Part shown: in pieces, positions 1 through 10,529 of the stretch | How positions within the stretch are numbered: position 1 is the stretch's first letter | How the letters are laid out: every line of letters starts with the position of its first letter | Assembly (NCBI RefSeq): GCF_009914755.1 | Contig: NC_060928.1 | From: the human T2T-CHM13v2.0 reference genome, Homo sapiens | Direction: 5' to 3' (one strand) | Length of the DNA: 64,000 bases | The notes under the pieces: model-generated | Seen by the model: the letters and a program-made list of their open reading frames with translations, nothing else | Told to the model about the DNA's origin: nothing | Database searches by the model: none | Position numbers and translations under genes: made by a program

Positions 1-281
1 TCAAAAATTCTGCTCAGTTTTTCTTGGCATGAAGAATTGTTTAGCTAATTTTGAAAACTTGTGTTCACAAAGTCTAAAAATTTAATCCAAATTTGAATGA
101 GGAAGATGAGACAGTTTATCAACTTTCTCTAATGAAAGTTACTGGTAACATGAAAAAACAATTTCCTACTCATACAATAAATCTACACATATCTTTTTCA
201 GCCTTTTTGGACTTTGTTGTTGTTGTTGTTTAGTGGAAAGATTTGCTTTATATGATTAGACATTGAAAAATTTGTATGGCT

Positions 282-790
282 TTGGGAAAGAAAAAGATGC
301 CTCTGACATCCAGGAGCTGGCCTGGCACTCCAGCTATGTCTTAGCGATCTCCTCTTCAAATAAATGATTTCACAGAATACCGACATCAGACAATGCCACC
401 CTATGACCATGGTGAATCAAGACAAAAACAAGACCTCTCCGTAACCATGCATGAACACAGGCAAAGAATGAAATCTGTTTAAATCACAAACATGGCCCAA
501 TATCTCCCAATCCTGGCTAATTAGAGTGGCTATTGCTTGTTTATTGCTGACAGTTTTAGCTTGACTCTAGTCTTCCCTCTTCCTAGATAAGAATTATTGA
601 GAGATCCAGTCATGACCTTATATCACTTCCTAACAACATCCGATCTAGAGCAAAGCCATGCTTCTCAAACCCTCCTCCAAATCACGTGACACAAGGCCAC
701 ATTCTGTAAGTTCTTTCTAATGCCCTTTTAGTAAGACACCCCACCCCCCGCCCCGCACCATGTGTGTTCCTGGAGGAGGACATTGAGAAC
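282..790 (+). mobile_element. Old solo LTR (MER-type ERV LTR, subfamily not assigned)
   Basis: Resembles a recalled ancient LTR consensus (acagaataccgacatcagacaa...caagacaaaaacaagacc...tagataaga...gagcaaagcc). Confidence 0.5.
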
Positions 791-898
791 TTTAAAAATT
801 TACCTTTTAGTAATTTCAGATTAACTTGGTTAGATTTATTGGAGAGCAAAACAATTCTCCCTCAGGTGACTTCCAAGGGATAATTATGGGATAATGTA

Positions 899-961
899 TT
901 AGGTTGATGCAAAAATAGTTGTGTTTTTTAACAGTAGTTTCAATGGCAAAACCCACAATTA
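899..961 (+). mobile_element. MADE1 (Hsmar1-derived MITE), partial
   Basis: ttaggttgatgcaaaaatagttgtg...caatggcaaaacccacaatta matches MADE1. Confidence 0.8.
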
Positions 962-1981
962 TCATAAGCTAGCCTTCCAGGTTAACTTTCCTAACTTGTA
1001 CAATATTTCCTTTCCTGATTTCCTCAATTTCCATTATACTTTTCTTCAGACAAGTTAATAGTCCAATGAAATTTTTTCAAATGCTCAACAATCTTCCTCA
1101 TTCCCAAATAAATTTTAATATATATGTATAAGCACATATACATGCATATTCATTATATATTTGTATACTTGTCACTTTAGACAATTTGAGTATAGAACTA
1201 CTTTCAAGGAGATGACAATCCAGTTTGCCTTTGGCTGGTACACTTCTTGCCATTTGCTTATATAGGCATTTTGACATTTTGAAGTTTCCTCCCATCTTGA
1301 GTACAGCTGATCCAACTATCTGGGAGTAAACAGAAAGACCAATGGACACCCACAGGAAACATGCTGAGGTGCACATGGAATGTGGATAGGAAAGAGGTCT
1401 GTTATGATAAGAAGGGCTGTGGTGAGCATCATAGCCAATGTGGGGAGCCACATTCTGCAGCTCTTGGTAAGTGAGGTCAGTGGAAAGACTTGAGTCATGA
1501 AGTGTATATATCATTCTTTCAATTCCTGAGGAAAGCTTCATGGGGGAAACGATTTTGAATAAAATGAGAAACAATTAGTTTGGTCATGTTTTATTTCACA
1601 ACAAAATTTCCTGTTTTTAGTTTAAAAGGTACCTATGACTAATAACGTTTTCCCCAAATTTTCAGGATATGAAGCTTGTGTTCCTTGAGTTTGACATAAA
1701 TTGTGCTTCAGGCACTTACACAAGTTGATGAATAGCAATATAATTGACTCATTGTGAATGCCTTTATTCATATTAACCTATTATGATGAATTTCAAATTA
1801 TAGAGTCTAGATTAGCAGTAGAGCAATTATCTGAGCAGTGAGCTTGTCTAGAGACTATTCTATATTTTTATCTTCAGGAAGATGTCCACAATGGAGCTCC
1901 TATTAAGACCATAGCATGTTGAAAGTAAATTCCTCACTTAGAATTATTTCAAGACAACAAAGCATACAGTATTGGTATCCA

Positions 1982-2480
1982 TGTATCAGATAAGACTTTT
2001 CAGTTGCAGAGAACCCAACTCCTTGGGAACTAAGCAATAATGTAGATTTGTTGGTTCATAAAACTGTAAACCAAAGGAAGAGCCAGCATCAGACTTCTTT
2101 TGGTCAAGATTTTGGCCTCTGTCTTCATGCTGGCTTCATCCTCAGCCTGGCTGTAACCTCATGGTCACAAAGATGGCTGCCGTAACAGCTAAGGCTGCAC
2201 ACTTCCTTATTCATTTCCCAAGTAGAAAGCATCACTTCTCACAATCACCAAATGATAATTCCAGATCTTTACTCAGATTGAACCAAGGTAAATTGACCAT
2301 CATTGCAAGGGGTGTAAGAATATGCTGAAGACCTTCCCCTGAGCTGGAAGTGGGTCAGTCCACTAAGAAATCATGGTTACTGCGTAATTACCAGGTGGTC
2401 ACTACAGTTATTTCCTTAAAGGAAAATAGGGGTCCGTTTGGAGAGGAACAGGGGGAGTAGGTGCTGGTTAGACCTGTCAA
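1982..2480 (-). mobile_element. MLT1 (MaLR) solo LTR, old
   Basis: tgtatcag...cagttgcag...aacccaactc and catggtcacaaagatggctgc are MLT1K/L-like motifs. Confidence 0.65.
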
Positions 2481-2534
2481 GCATCTGCCATTTTAATATC
2501 TCTATAGAAAATGATATTACATCCTACCTATAAG

Positions 2535-2765
2535 TGGCAGTATTGGGCTAAAAACGTGGGCTCTGGACTTAGATTGTGGCCATTGAATTCCTAATTCATC
2601 ACTTACTAGCAACATGGTTTTGTGAAAGTCACTTAACGTCTCCATTTCTCAGCATTTTTATTTGTAAAACAAAATTAACAGACTCTTGTAGAGTTTCTAT
2701 GAAGATTCAATGGAAAAATGCATATAAAGCACTTAGTATAGAGCTCCTCACTTTGTAAGTACTTG
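2535..2765 (+). mobile_element. MIR SINE
   Basis: Core gtcacttaac...ctcagcatttttatttgtaaaa and tail gcatataaagcacttag. Confidence 0.75.
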
Positions 2766-3529
2766 GAGCAACATTTGCATGTGAACTAGCCACTTGATGG
2801 TCTCTCTAAGGCATCACTTTTATCTGCTTGGGCATCTGTGTGGTGCCCAGTGTGATTTGGGGGCTTCTCTTTCCATCCTCAGGTCATTTTTATCAGCTAC
2901 TGGATTCATTTTAAGCAGACTTTTGACCCAGAGACTGGAGGGTGGTCTGATACTATAAAAGCAGTGTGTTCTGGTACATCGTGGTATAAATGTTCAAAAG
3001 GAAGCCCCACCAGGGGTTCCCAATAGGGAGTTTCCTTTGCAACGTGAATATCATTCTTAAGTGGTTTGAGAACAGGGTACAGCAGCATCTTACTGGGCAT
3101 CAGTTTGTGTGCTCCTGTCAGGAAAATTACCATCCAAGCCCACTAAACCCACACAGAACCATAATGTTTTAATTATTCCTTTATTACTTCCTTCAGGTAA
3201 TTGGAAGGCTAAATATACTTACATGGCAATACTCTATTTTATTTTATTTTAATTGAACTTCACTCTATAAAAGACTTGGAGTTAAGGTGGGGAAAACAGG
3301 AAGAAAGGAGGAGGAATAACTAGTTAGTTATTTGTTTTTAAAACTCACCATGTGAGGGCTAAAATCAAAGCTTGGATTACATTTGGGAAAATCTACATAA
3401 ACTTTGTAATGTGTAAAGTAGGCAAATTAAGAGAGATTGCATCAAGTAACTCTGCCTTGCAAAATAATTCATCTTGTGTATTTACTAAAATGACAAACTT
3501 GGTGGTTTTGAAATGTGATTTGTGTTTTT

Positions 3530-3780
3530 AAGGGAAGCAGTTAGGGCAGAGTAAAGAACTTCAGCTTTGGAGACAAGAAGACCTGTACTCAAGTCCTGAC
3601 AGCACTGTTTATCAGATGTGTCACCTTGGAAATCCCTTGACATCTCTGAGCCTCAGTTTCCAAATCTGTGAAAGAGAGATAATAACACTATCTTTGTAGA
3701 GCTTATGGGATGATTAGAAATAATGGGCATGGTTGTCTAGTACAGTGTATGGGAAATATTAAGAGTGCAAAATAATTCTT
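3530..3780 (+). mobile_element. MIR SINE
   Basis: Core tgtgtcaccttgg...ctctgagcctcagtttcc. Confidence 0.75.
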
Positions 3781-4009
3781 ATTTATAAAAATTTATTGTA
3801 CATGTACATTTTGTAAGGAAAGATCTGTTATATAATGCAAACCACTCAGATTTCCATGACCTGTTGTCGAGTGTCCTACACCCGATCATAAAAAATTCTC
3901 GTCTTACAGGGTCTCATGGCTTCAAGTCTAAAACAGAAATTTACATACATCCTAGTGCCACTGAGGAGAGCAAATAAACAGAAACTGCCATTATCAGTCC
4001 ACTAAATCT

Positions 4010-4350
4010 GTAGTTCTCAATCTTGGCTGCACATTGTAATCACTTAAGAAAGCTTAAAAATCCTCAGTGCCCCAACTATACTCCTGAAAAATTAAATCAG
4101 AAGTTCTGGGATTGGACCCAAGTATCAGTGCTTATTTAAAGTTCTGCAGAAAATTCAAAGTGATGCCAAGGTGGAGAACCATTGTTTTAAACCATTGCTT
4201 CTCACGCTGTAATGTGTGCTGGAATCACCTTGGGGTCTTGTGGACTTGCACATTCTGGTCCTGGGAGGTCTGAAGTGGGGCCTGAGATCCTGCATTCCCA
4301 ACATTAGGCAATGCTGATGCTGCCAGTTCCTGGACAGCAGCCTTGAGTGG
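4010..4350. mobile_element. Two adjacent MER5 (hAT-Charlie) fossils
   Basis: gttctcaa...ggctgcacatt...aatcac...gagaaccattg, then tggggcctgagatcctgcatt...gctgatgctgc. Confidence 0.7.
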
Positions 4351-5120
4351 GGCTCTGTTTGGGGTTCTCACTCATCCTATTATGCTTATTTCTTCCTTTC
4401 TGTGCCTCCTCTGCACCCTCCAACTCCTCTCCCACACAACCATCCAGTTTTGGGGAAAAGCCTTTCATAAGAGATACTTCTCTTCCCAGGAATTACTTTT
4501 TCTGCTGAGACAGGCCCCAGTAATTTTTATTCATGAGAGTAGAATGTTATTCCTTTCCCCTGGAGTGTTTCAAATTGCTCTACTTTTCTTAAAGTGATTT
4601 TGATTTATGAGAAATGTATGCTTCTGTTTTCAGTACAAAATGATCATAATTTCATCAGAAAAAGGGAGTTGTTAAAGTATTTGACATAACTCTAACACTT
4701 TCAGAAGTTTATTTGACTGCTCTGGAAAGTTTTTAAAGACAATCATTTTGCACAACCAAAAATCAAGAAGGATACTGGTAGTGTTTGTTTAGATTCAAAA
4801 CGATCAAGAATTGTTGATCCTTCTGATATTTGGATTTGAATCCCTAAAGCAGCTTTAAACCAAACTGTCTGTTTGGATCATTTGGCTAAACTTCACTGGT
4901 CAGAATATTACTTGCTGCTCTACATCTGACCTTGACTTAGGGCATAGGAAGCAGAAACTCCGGGACAAATCTGGGACTTGCCCAGTGTATGTTATAGAAA
5001 TATTCACTTTAGTGGTCTGCAGAGACACCCTTCAAAGAACATAGCCAGGATATTAAATATCCATTTCTTACTTTCTTAGTTTTTTAATTCATTAGAGCTG
5101 GAACAGAAGACCAAGAGAAT

Positions 5121-6110
5121 TGTAGGGACCAGCCCCACAGGGTCGGTGGGTTTTTCTCCCCATGTGTGGAGATGAGAGATTGTAGAAATAAAGACACAAG
5201 ACAAAGAGATAAAAGAAAAGGCAGCTGGGCCCAGGGCACCACTACCACCAAGACATGGAGACCGGTAGTGGCCCCAAATGCCAGGCTGTGCTGATATTTA
5301 TTGGATACAAGACATAGGGGCAGGGTAAGGAGTGTGAGCCATCTCCAGTGATAGGTAAGGTCACGTGGGTCACGTGTCCACTGGACAGGGGGCCCTTCCC
5401 TGTTTGGCAGCTGAGGCGGAGAGAGGAGACAGCTTACACCATTATTTCTGCATATCAGAGACTTTTAGTACTTTAACCAATTTTGCTACTGCTATCTAAA
5501 AGGCAGAGCCAGGTGCACAGGATGGAACATGACAGCAGACTAGGAGCATGACCACTGAAGCACAGCATCACAGGGAGACAGGCCTCCGGATAACTGTGGG
5601 TGGGCCTGACTGATGTCAGGCCCTCCTCAAGAGGTGGAGAAGTAGAGTCTTCTCTAAACTCCCCCAGGGAAAGGGAGACTCCCTTTCCTGGTCTGCTAAG
5701 TAGCGGGTGTTTTTCCTTGGCACTGACGCTACCACTAGACCATGGTCCACTTGGCAACAGGCGTCTTCCCAGATGCTGGCGTTACCGCTAGACCAAGGAG
5801 CCCTCTAGTGGCCCTGTCTGGACTTGACAGAGGGCTCACACTCTTGTCTTCTGGTCACTTCTCACCATGTCTCCTCAGCTCCTATCTCTGTATGGCCTGG
5901 CTTTTCCTAGGTTATGATTGTAGAGCGAGGATTATTATAATATTGGAATAAAGCGTAATTGCTACAAACTAATGATTAATGATATTCATGTATAATCATG
6001 TCTATGATCTAGATCTAGTATAACTCTTGTTGTTTTATATATTTTATTATATTGGAACAGCTCGTGCCCTCGGTCTCTTGCCTTGGCACCTGATTGGCTT
6101 GCCACCCACA
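5121..6110 (-). mobile_element. 3' LTR (LTR13-type), 990 bp
   Basis: Preceded on the minus strand by the PPT. Contains a minus-strand AATAAA at 5297-5302. Confidence 0.95.
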
Positions 6111-6127
6111 TCTGCCCCCTTTTTATT
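6111..6127 (-). other. Polypurine tract
   Basis: AATAAAAAGGGGGCAGA immediately precedes the TG of the 3' LTR on the minus strand. Confidence 0.85.
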
Positions 6128-6147
6128 AACTAGGATCGCCATCACCA

Positions 6148-6204
6148 TCATTGCTTGTCGTTGACTTTGGACTTGTTTCTGGACTCCTTGGAGGCATCTG
6201 CAGA
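6148..6204 (-). CDS. Putative Rec-like protein, coding exon 2 (18 aa + TGA)
   Basis: Acceptor TGTTGTCTCTTTTAG|TCTGCAG at 6205/6204. Reads SADASKESRNKSKVNDKQ* in a frame different from the Env tail. Confidence 0.6.
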   Translation of the reverse strand, partial: SADASKESRNKSKVNDKQ

Positions 6205-7897
6205 CTAAAAGAGACAACATAAGCATACCAGTATTAATAATGCCAGTGACAACAATGATTCTCCAAGGGGTTTGATCCATTTAAAGGGATTAAGATCAGA
6301 TAATTCTTTAGTTATTCCTTCAAAAATGTCTGAGCCAGGAACAGTGGATAAATGAGCCTGTGAAGCCTCAAAAATTTGTTCTTTAAGTTTTGAAATATCC
6401 AAGGTTAAGTTATCATCCCAGGCTTTTAAATGTCTTGAGAACTTTTCCCAGCTATGCTGATCTTTATTATAAGCATAAGGCATTATGCAGTAATCAGAAG
6501 TATTCCAATCACACTGTAATTGCATACGGTGTTCCAAATTCATAACTCTATTTCCCAATCATATCACACGTTGGCAGAGATCATTAATTTGATTAGCTAA
6601 TTTTTGATCAATTTGAGCCTTAGAATTCCAAAGTCTGGAGGAGTTTTTTTGCCATGCTTCAACACATTGAGTGGTTTGAACGGAATTGTGAATCATAACT
6701 CCAGCAGTTGCCACTGTTGCAGTAACCGCAATTAGACCTGCAATGACTGCAATAAGAGTAAAAATAAATCTCTTTGTTCTTTTGAGGATACCTTTAAGAA
6801 CTTCATTGACTATGTATATAGAGGGGGAAGACTCCCACGGATGATGTAAAGAAACTGGTATCCATACCCCCTCCCTAGCACTTACCAAGAGAATACTTGT
6901 TGTGGGATTAAAAGTAGCATCAATGCACGTGAACAGCTTACAATTATCACATTCTATAGTTTGTGTACTGGGAATGATAATTATATTTCTAACTAACAGC
7001 AGGTGAGTGGTTTTGACACAACTCCTGATGGGTATTACCTGTTTAGATATCAAGGTGATGTTGAATGTGGGTGTTTTGGTATTAGTGTGAAGGAGTTGAT
7101 AAGTAGTGTTCCATATCCTTATTCCTGTTATAGCTGCAGCTAATTTCCATAATTCAGGATGTTCTGGGGTAACAATGGGATGAATCATTTTTGGTCTAGG
7201 AGGAACAATGCCTGCGTCCATCCATTTAAATGGGTAAGGAGACACCTATTGTCTCAACCTGTATGACTGCCATCCATCCTTTATATAATCTAACAAATAA
7301 TTATACTCCGAGCATGAGGTATTTTTGCTGGAGCAATCCTGCGAATAATGCTCTTTTGGAGCCCAATCAATAACAGTTCCCATGGCTAGACTTTGCAGCA
7401 CAATGGCCTTGGGAGCATTACAATCATTCCATAAAATTGAATTCAGTAGAAAAGTTCCCTTTGTAGGTTTCTTTGGGCAGTCTGGCAGTCCTTTTGTTTT
7501 ATTGCTGTTAGTAGTGACAGGAGCCCTCAATTCCTCAAGAGGCTTAAGTTTAACAGTGAGAAGTTGAAAAGAATTGCTACTGAACACATTATGTACTTGA
7601 TAAGAATCATTTGTTAAGGATGGTACGGTCCACATCCAATTCTGGTAAGAATAAGCTAAACAGCCAGGTGATACACAGTGGTGGGTATTTATAGCCAAAT
7701 GACAGATTAAAGTGCATACCTTCTTCTTCCGGTTGAGCTGGAAACCTATCATCATTAGGGACCAGCATGAATGCACTATTATTAGTGTAAACTTCTACTG
7801 AGGAGTCCATCCAGGAGACAGACCAAATTAAAGGGGGAAAAGGAACATATGCCCAGTAGGTATAATTTTGAGTTGCCCCAACTGGTGGTATACTTAC

Positions 7898-8158
7898 TGC
7901 TGCACTGACTACCATAAAGACAGCCAGAATTATATTACTGGTCGTTTTTGGGATTCCTTTTTCTTTTAATAAATTTTCTGTGTGATGGGATAAGACCTTT
8001 ATTTGACCCCATGTTGGTGGAGTTGAACGAGTGGTGTTGTAGGTCACACAGCGAGATTTTGTCTCAATGTCGAGGTCATGAAGTTTATGTGTCAGGAGGC
8101 GAAATTTCCTCCTCGGTTTTTGAGGGGTCTTTGCCTTTTGTTTCTGGGAACGTTTCAT
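7898..8158 (-). CDS. Putative Rec-like protein, coding exon 1 (87 aa, shared with the Env signal peptide)
   Basis: ATG 8158 has A at -3. The exon is 261 nt and ends at donor GCA|GTAAGT (7898/7897). It encodes a basic patch KPRRKFR, LTHK and PPTW at residues 47-50. Confidence 0.6.
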
Positions 8159-8159
8159 C

Positions 8160-9696
8160 TTTGGAGTTATGGTGCAATTTCAGTTGTCGGTGGGGGGGAC
8201 CCACATGGGCTGTAGTCCTTTTCCTGGGGAAACACAAGCAAAACCCCTACCCCATGTTACGACTGTGCCTAATTCCTATTTGTTAGTTGCATCCTTCCAC
8301 CATACCCGCATTCCTTTTTGTGGATCAAATTTACTTCCAGTGAAATGTTGTTCTGCCACTGTAAAAGGTTGATTTCTTGCTAGGTTTAAGAAATTTAGTG
8401 TAAAAGGAGCCAGATTTAACTGAGCATGAGGAGTGGCAGCATCCCTCTGTTTTAGTGTCCTGTTTTCGAAGTTGATCTTTGAGTGTTTTATTGGCTCGTT
8501 CCACCAAGGCCTGTCCTTGAGAGTTATAGGGGATGCCAGCTGTGTGAGTAATTGCCCATGTTTGAGTGAACCTTTTAAAAGCAGCACTAGTGTATCCGGG
8601 GCCGTTGTCAGTTTTCAGTTTCTCGGGACAGCCCATCACCGAGAAATATGAAAGCATATGTTGTTTAACATGAGCTGTACTTTCCCCTGTGTGACAAGTG
8701 GCCCAGATAAAATGAGAAAAGGTGTCAATAGTTACATGTATAAAAAAAGCTTGCCAAAAGCAGGATAATGAGTCACGTTCGTTTGCCAGAGAGCATTCTG
8801 TGAAAGTCCTTTAGGGTTAACTCCTGAAGAAAGTGGCTGTAAAATTAACACTTGACAAGTAGGACAGTGACGCACATGGTTTTAGCTTGTTTCCATGTAA
8901 GGGGGAACTTTTTTTGGAGTCTCGCAGCGTTGACTTGAGTTAAAGTATGAAAATTTCGTGCATTTGTAAAAATGGGAGCAACTAATATATCAGCTCTGGC
9001 ATTTGCTGCCAAGAGGGGTTTGGGGAGGGGTGTGTGGGCCTGAATGCGAGTAATGTAGAAAGGAGAAGACCTTGCTTTGAGCACAGACTAAAACCTTTGA
9101 AAAAGAAAGAATAGGTTATCATTAGGCAGAAATTTGATTAAGGCAGTTTCAATATTGCGAGCAACATGTGCTACATACGCCAAGTCAGAAAGAATGTTAA
9201 CTGGTTCAGGGAAATCTTCAAGGACAGCCATAACAGCAAGTAGCTCAGCTCATTGTGCTGAAATAGCTCCTGTATTAAGAACACGTTCTCTTGGTCCTGT
9301 ATATGCTGCTCGGCCATTACAGGAAGCATCAGTAAAAACAGTGACAGCTTCAGCCAATGGGGTGTTTCTAGTAATGTTAGGCAAAATCCAAGAAGTGAGG
9401 AAGGAACTGAAATAATTTTACATTAGGATAGTGATTATCAATTATACCCGGGAAAGTTGCCAAATGTACTTGCCAAGCGATGCAGGTTGCAAAAGCCTGT
9501 TGGACTTGTAATCGGGTGAGGGGAACAATGATTTTTTTTGGTGGGGGGGGGGCGCTTAATAACCTTGTCTTCTAGCTGCATTCCTAAATAGTGATAAGGA
9601 GAAGAAGTTTGGATTTTTTCTGGGGCAATAACTAAACCGGCTGCTGCAACTGCTTTTTGTACTGCAGAAAAACAAGATATTAACACAGAGCGAGAA
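8160..9696 (-). pseudogene. pol: pol remnant: RT C-terminal piece, tether/RNase H and integrase
   Basis: Motifs AGLVIAPEKIQTSSPYHYLG (post-YxDD RT), VFTDAS (RNase H), KTDNGPGY and GQALVERAN (IN). Stops and frameshifts are present. The first IN catalytic Asp reads Asn (WQTNVTH). YxDD and pro are absent. Confidence 0.9.
8221..8245 (-). promoter_or_regulatory. env/rec splice acceptor
   Basis: GGTTTTGCTTGTGTTTCCCCAG|GAA at 8224/8223 in the IN 3' region, 65 nt upstream of the env ATG. Confidence 0.75.
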
Positions 9697-10381
9697 TTTG
9701 CCGCGAGATCAGCTGCTTGCTGAGCAACATCAGCGGGCTGTAGCTGATTTTGTGCCGCAGGACGGCAGGGAGGCTGTAAAATTACAGGAAATTGCCAGGC
9801 TTTGGGATCCCCATATTCTCTTGCCTGTGCTATAGCCCTGATAAGAGGAGTGCCATTTTGAGGAATGTATGTAACTTGTTGCTTGTGAGTGGCAAACTTG
9901 GGTAGACGAGATTACTTGCTGAGCAGGTCTTTCCTGGGCCTGAAATCCAGGCTGCCACCGGCAACTGTGGACCAGGCTTCAAGGGAGCCTGAGGCTTCAA
10001 GGGAACCCGGTTTGTAGAAAAGGAACCAGGCCTCAAGGTATCCTGTGACTCCAGGGGAGTCCGTGACTCTAGCCGAGTCTGATTAGGAGGAAAAGAACCA
10101 GGCTTCAAGAGAGCCTGTGACTCTAGCCGAGTCCGATTAGGAGGAAAGGAACCAGGCTTCAAGGGAGCCTGCGGCTCTAACTGAGTCTGATTAGGAGGAA
10201 AAGAAACAGGCATGAGAAAACTAGGCTGTGGAGGGATAGGGTTGAGGGCCTCATTACTGGGTAGAACAAGCAGAAGGTTGACAGCCCTACAGCAGGGCTG
10301 AACAGGGACAGGGTTGAGATAATACAGGAGGGTTTTTATAAAGTTTAAATAAGCCGAGTACCTAGTACTGGCCTGTCCCAT
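9697..10381 (-). pseudogene. gag: gag remnant (MA N-terminus, Pro-rich repeat region, start of CA)
   Basis: ATG at 10381 gives MGQASTRYSAYLNFIKTLL, an HML-type myristoylated MA start. A deletion follows at ~10324. After a frameshift the sequence reads RAIAQAREYGDPKAWQFPVILQ, like the HML p15/CA boundary. Confidence 0.85.
9970..10212 (-). repeat. 54-bp (18-codon) tandem repeat in gag, about 4 degenerate copies
   Basis: Units start at 10085, 10139 and 10193 (aggaggaaaRgaaccaggc...). Peptide unit approximately PGSFPPNRTRLESQALLK. Confidence 0.9.
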
Positions 10382-10408
10382 GGTGTCCCCGGAATGCTGA
10401 GTGCTCAA

Positions 10409-10417
10409 GCTTACCAC
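10409..10417 (-). promoter_or_regulatory. Proviral major splice donor
   Basis: GTG|GTAAGC between the PBS and the gag ATG, the usual HML position. Confidence 0.7.
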
Positions 10418-10508
10418 CAAGCTTATTGACCGCAATCCTCAGGAATCTGTCGTCGAAATCCTCTGCTGAGTCCCGCACTCAAGGTGCAACTTCACACAGC
10501 GAGGGAGA

Positions 10509-10527
10509 GCCCCATGTCGGAGCGCCA
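10509..10527 (-). other. Primer-binding site, tRNA-Lys-like (degenerate)
   Basis: TGGCGCTCCGACATGGGGC lies 2 nt after the 5' LTR. It differs from the Lys1,2 PBS TGGCGCCCAACGTGGGGC by one insertion and two substitutions. Confidence 0.85.
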
Positions 10528-10529
10528 GA

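Larger units (their letters stand above)
6047..8158 (-). pseudogene. env: env (betaretroviral), disrupted
   Basis: Long signal peptide, NYTYWAYVPFPP, furin site KRTKR, fusion peptide [27 protein letters not shown] loop, TM helix and tail. Lesions: frameshift ~7680, stops at 7246-7248 and 6559-6561, frameshift ~6207. Confidence 0.92.

Noticed and set aside
1098-1574. 158-aa minus-strand ORF
   Set aside because: No recognisable domain, non-ATG start and no supporting exon structure.
6205-7776. Long Env ORF fragments (117-228 aa) as a functional or captured envelope
   Set aside because: Separated by two stops and two frameshifts and cut off from the signal peptide, so no full Env can be made.
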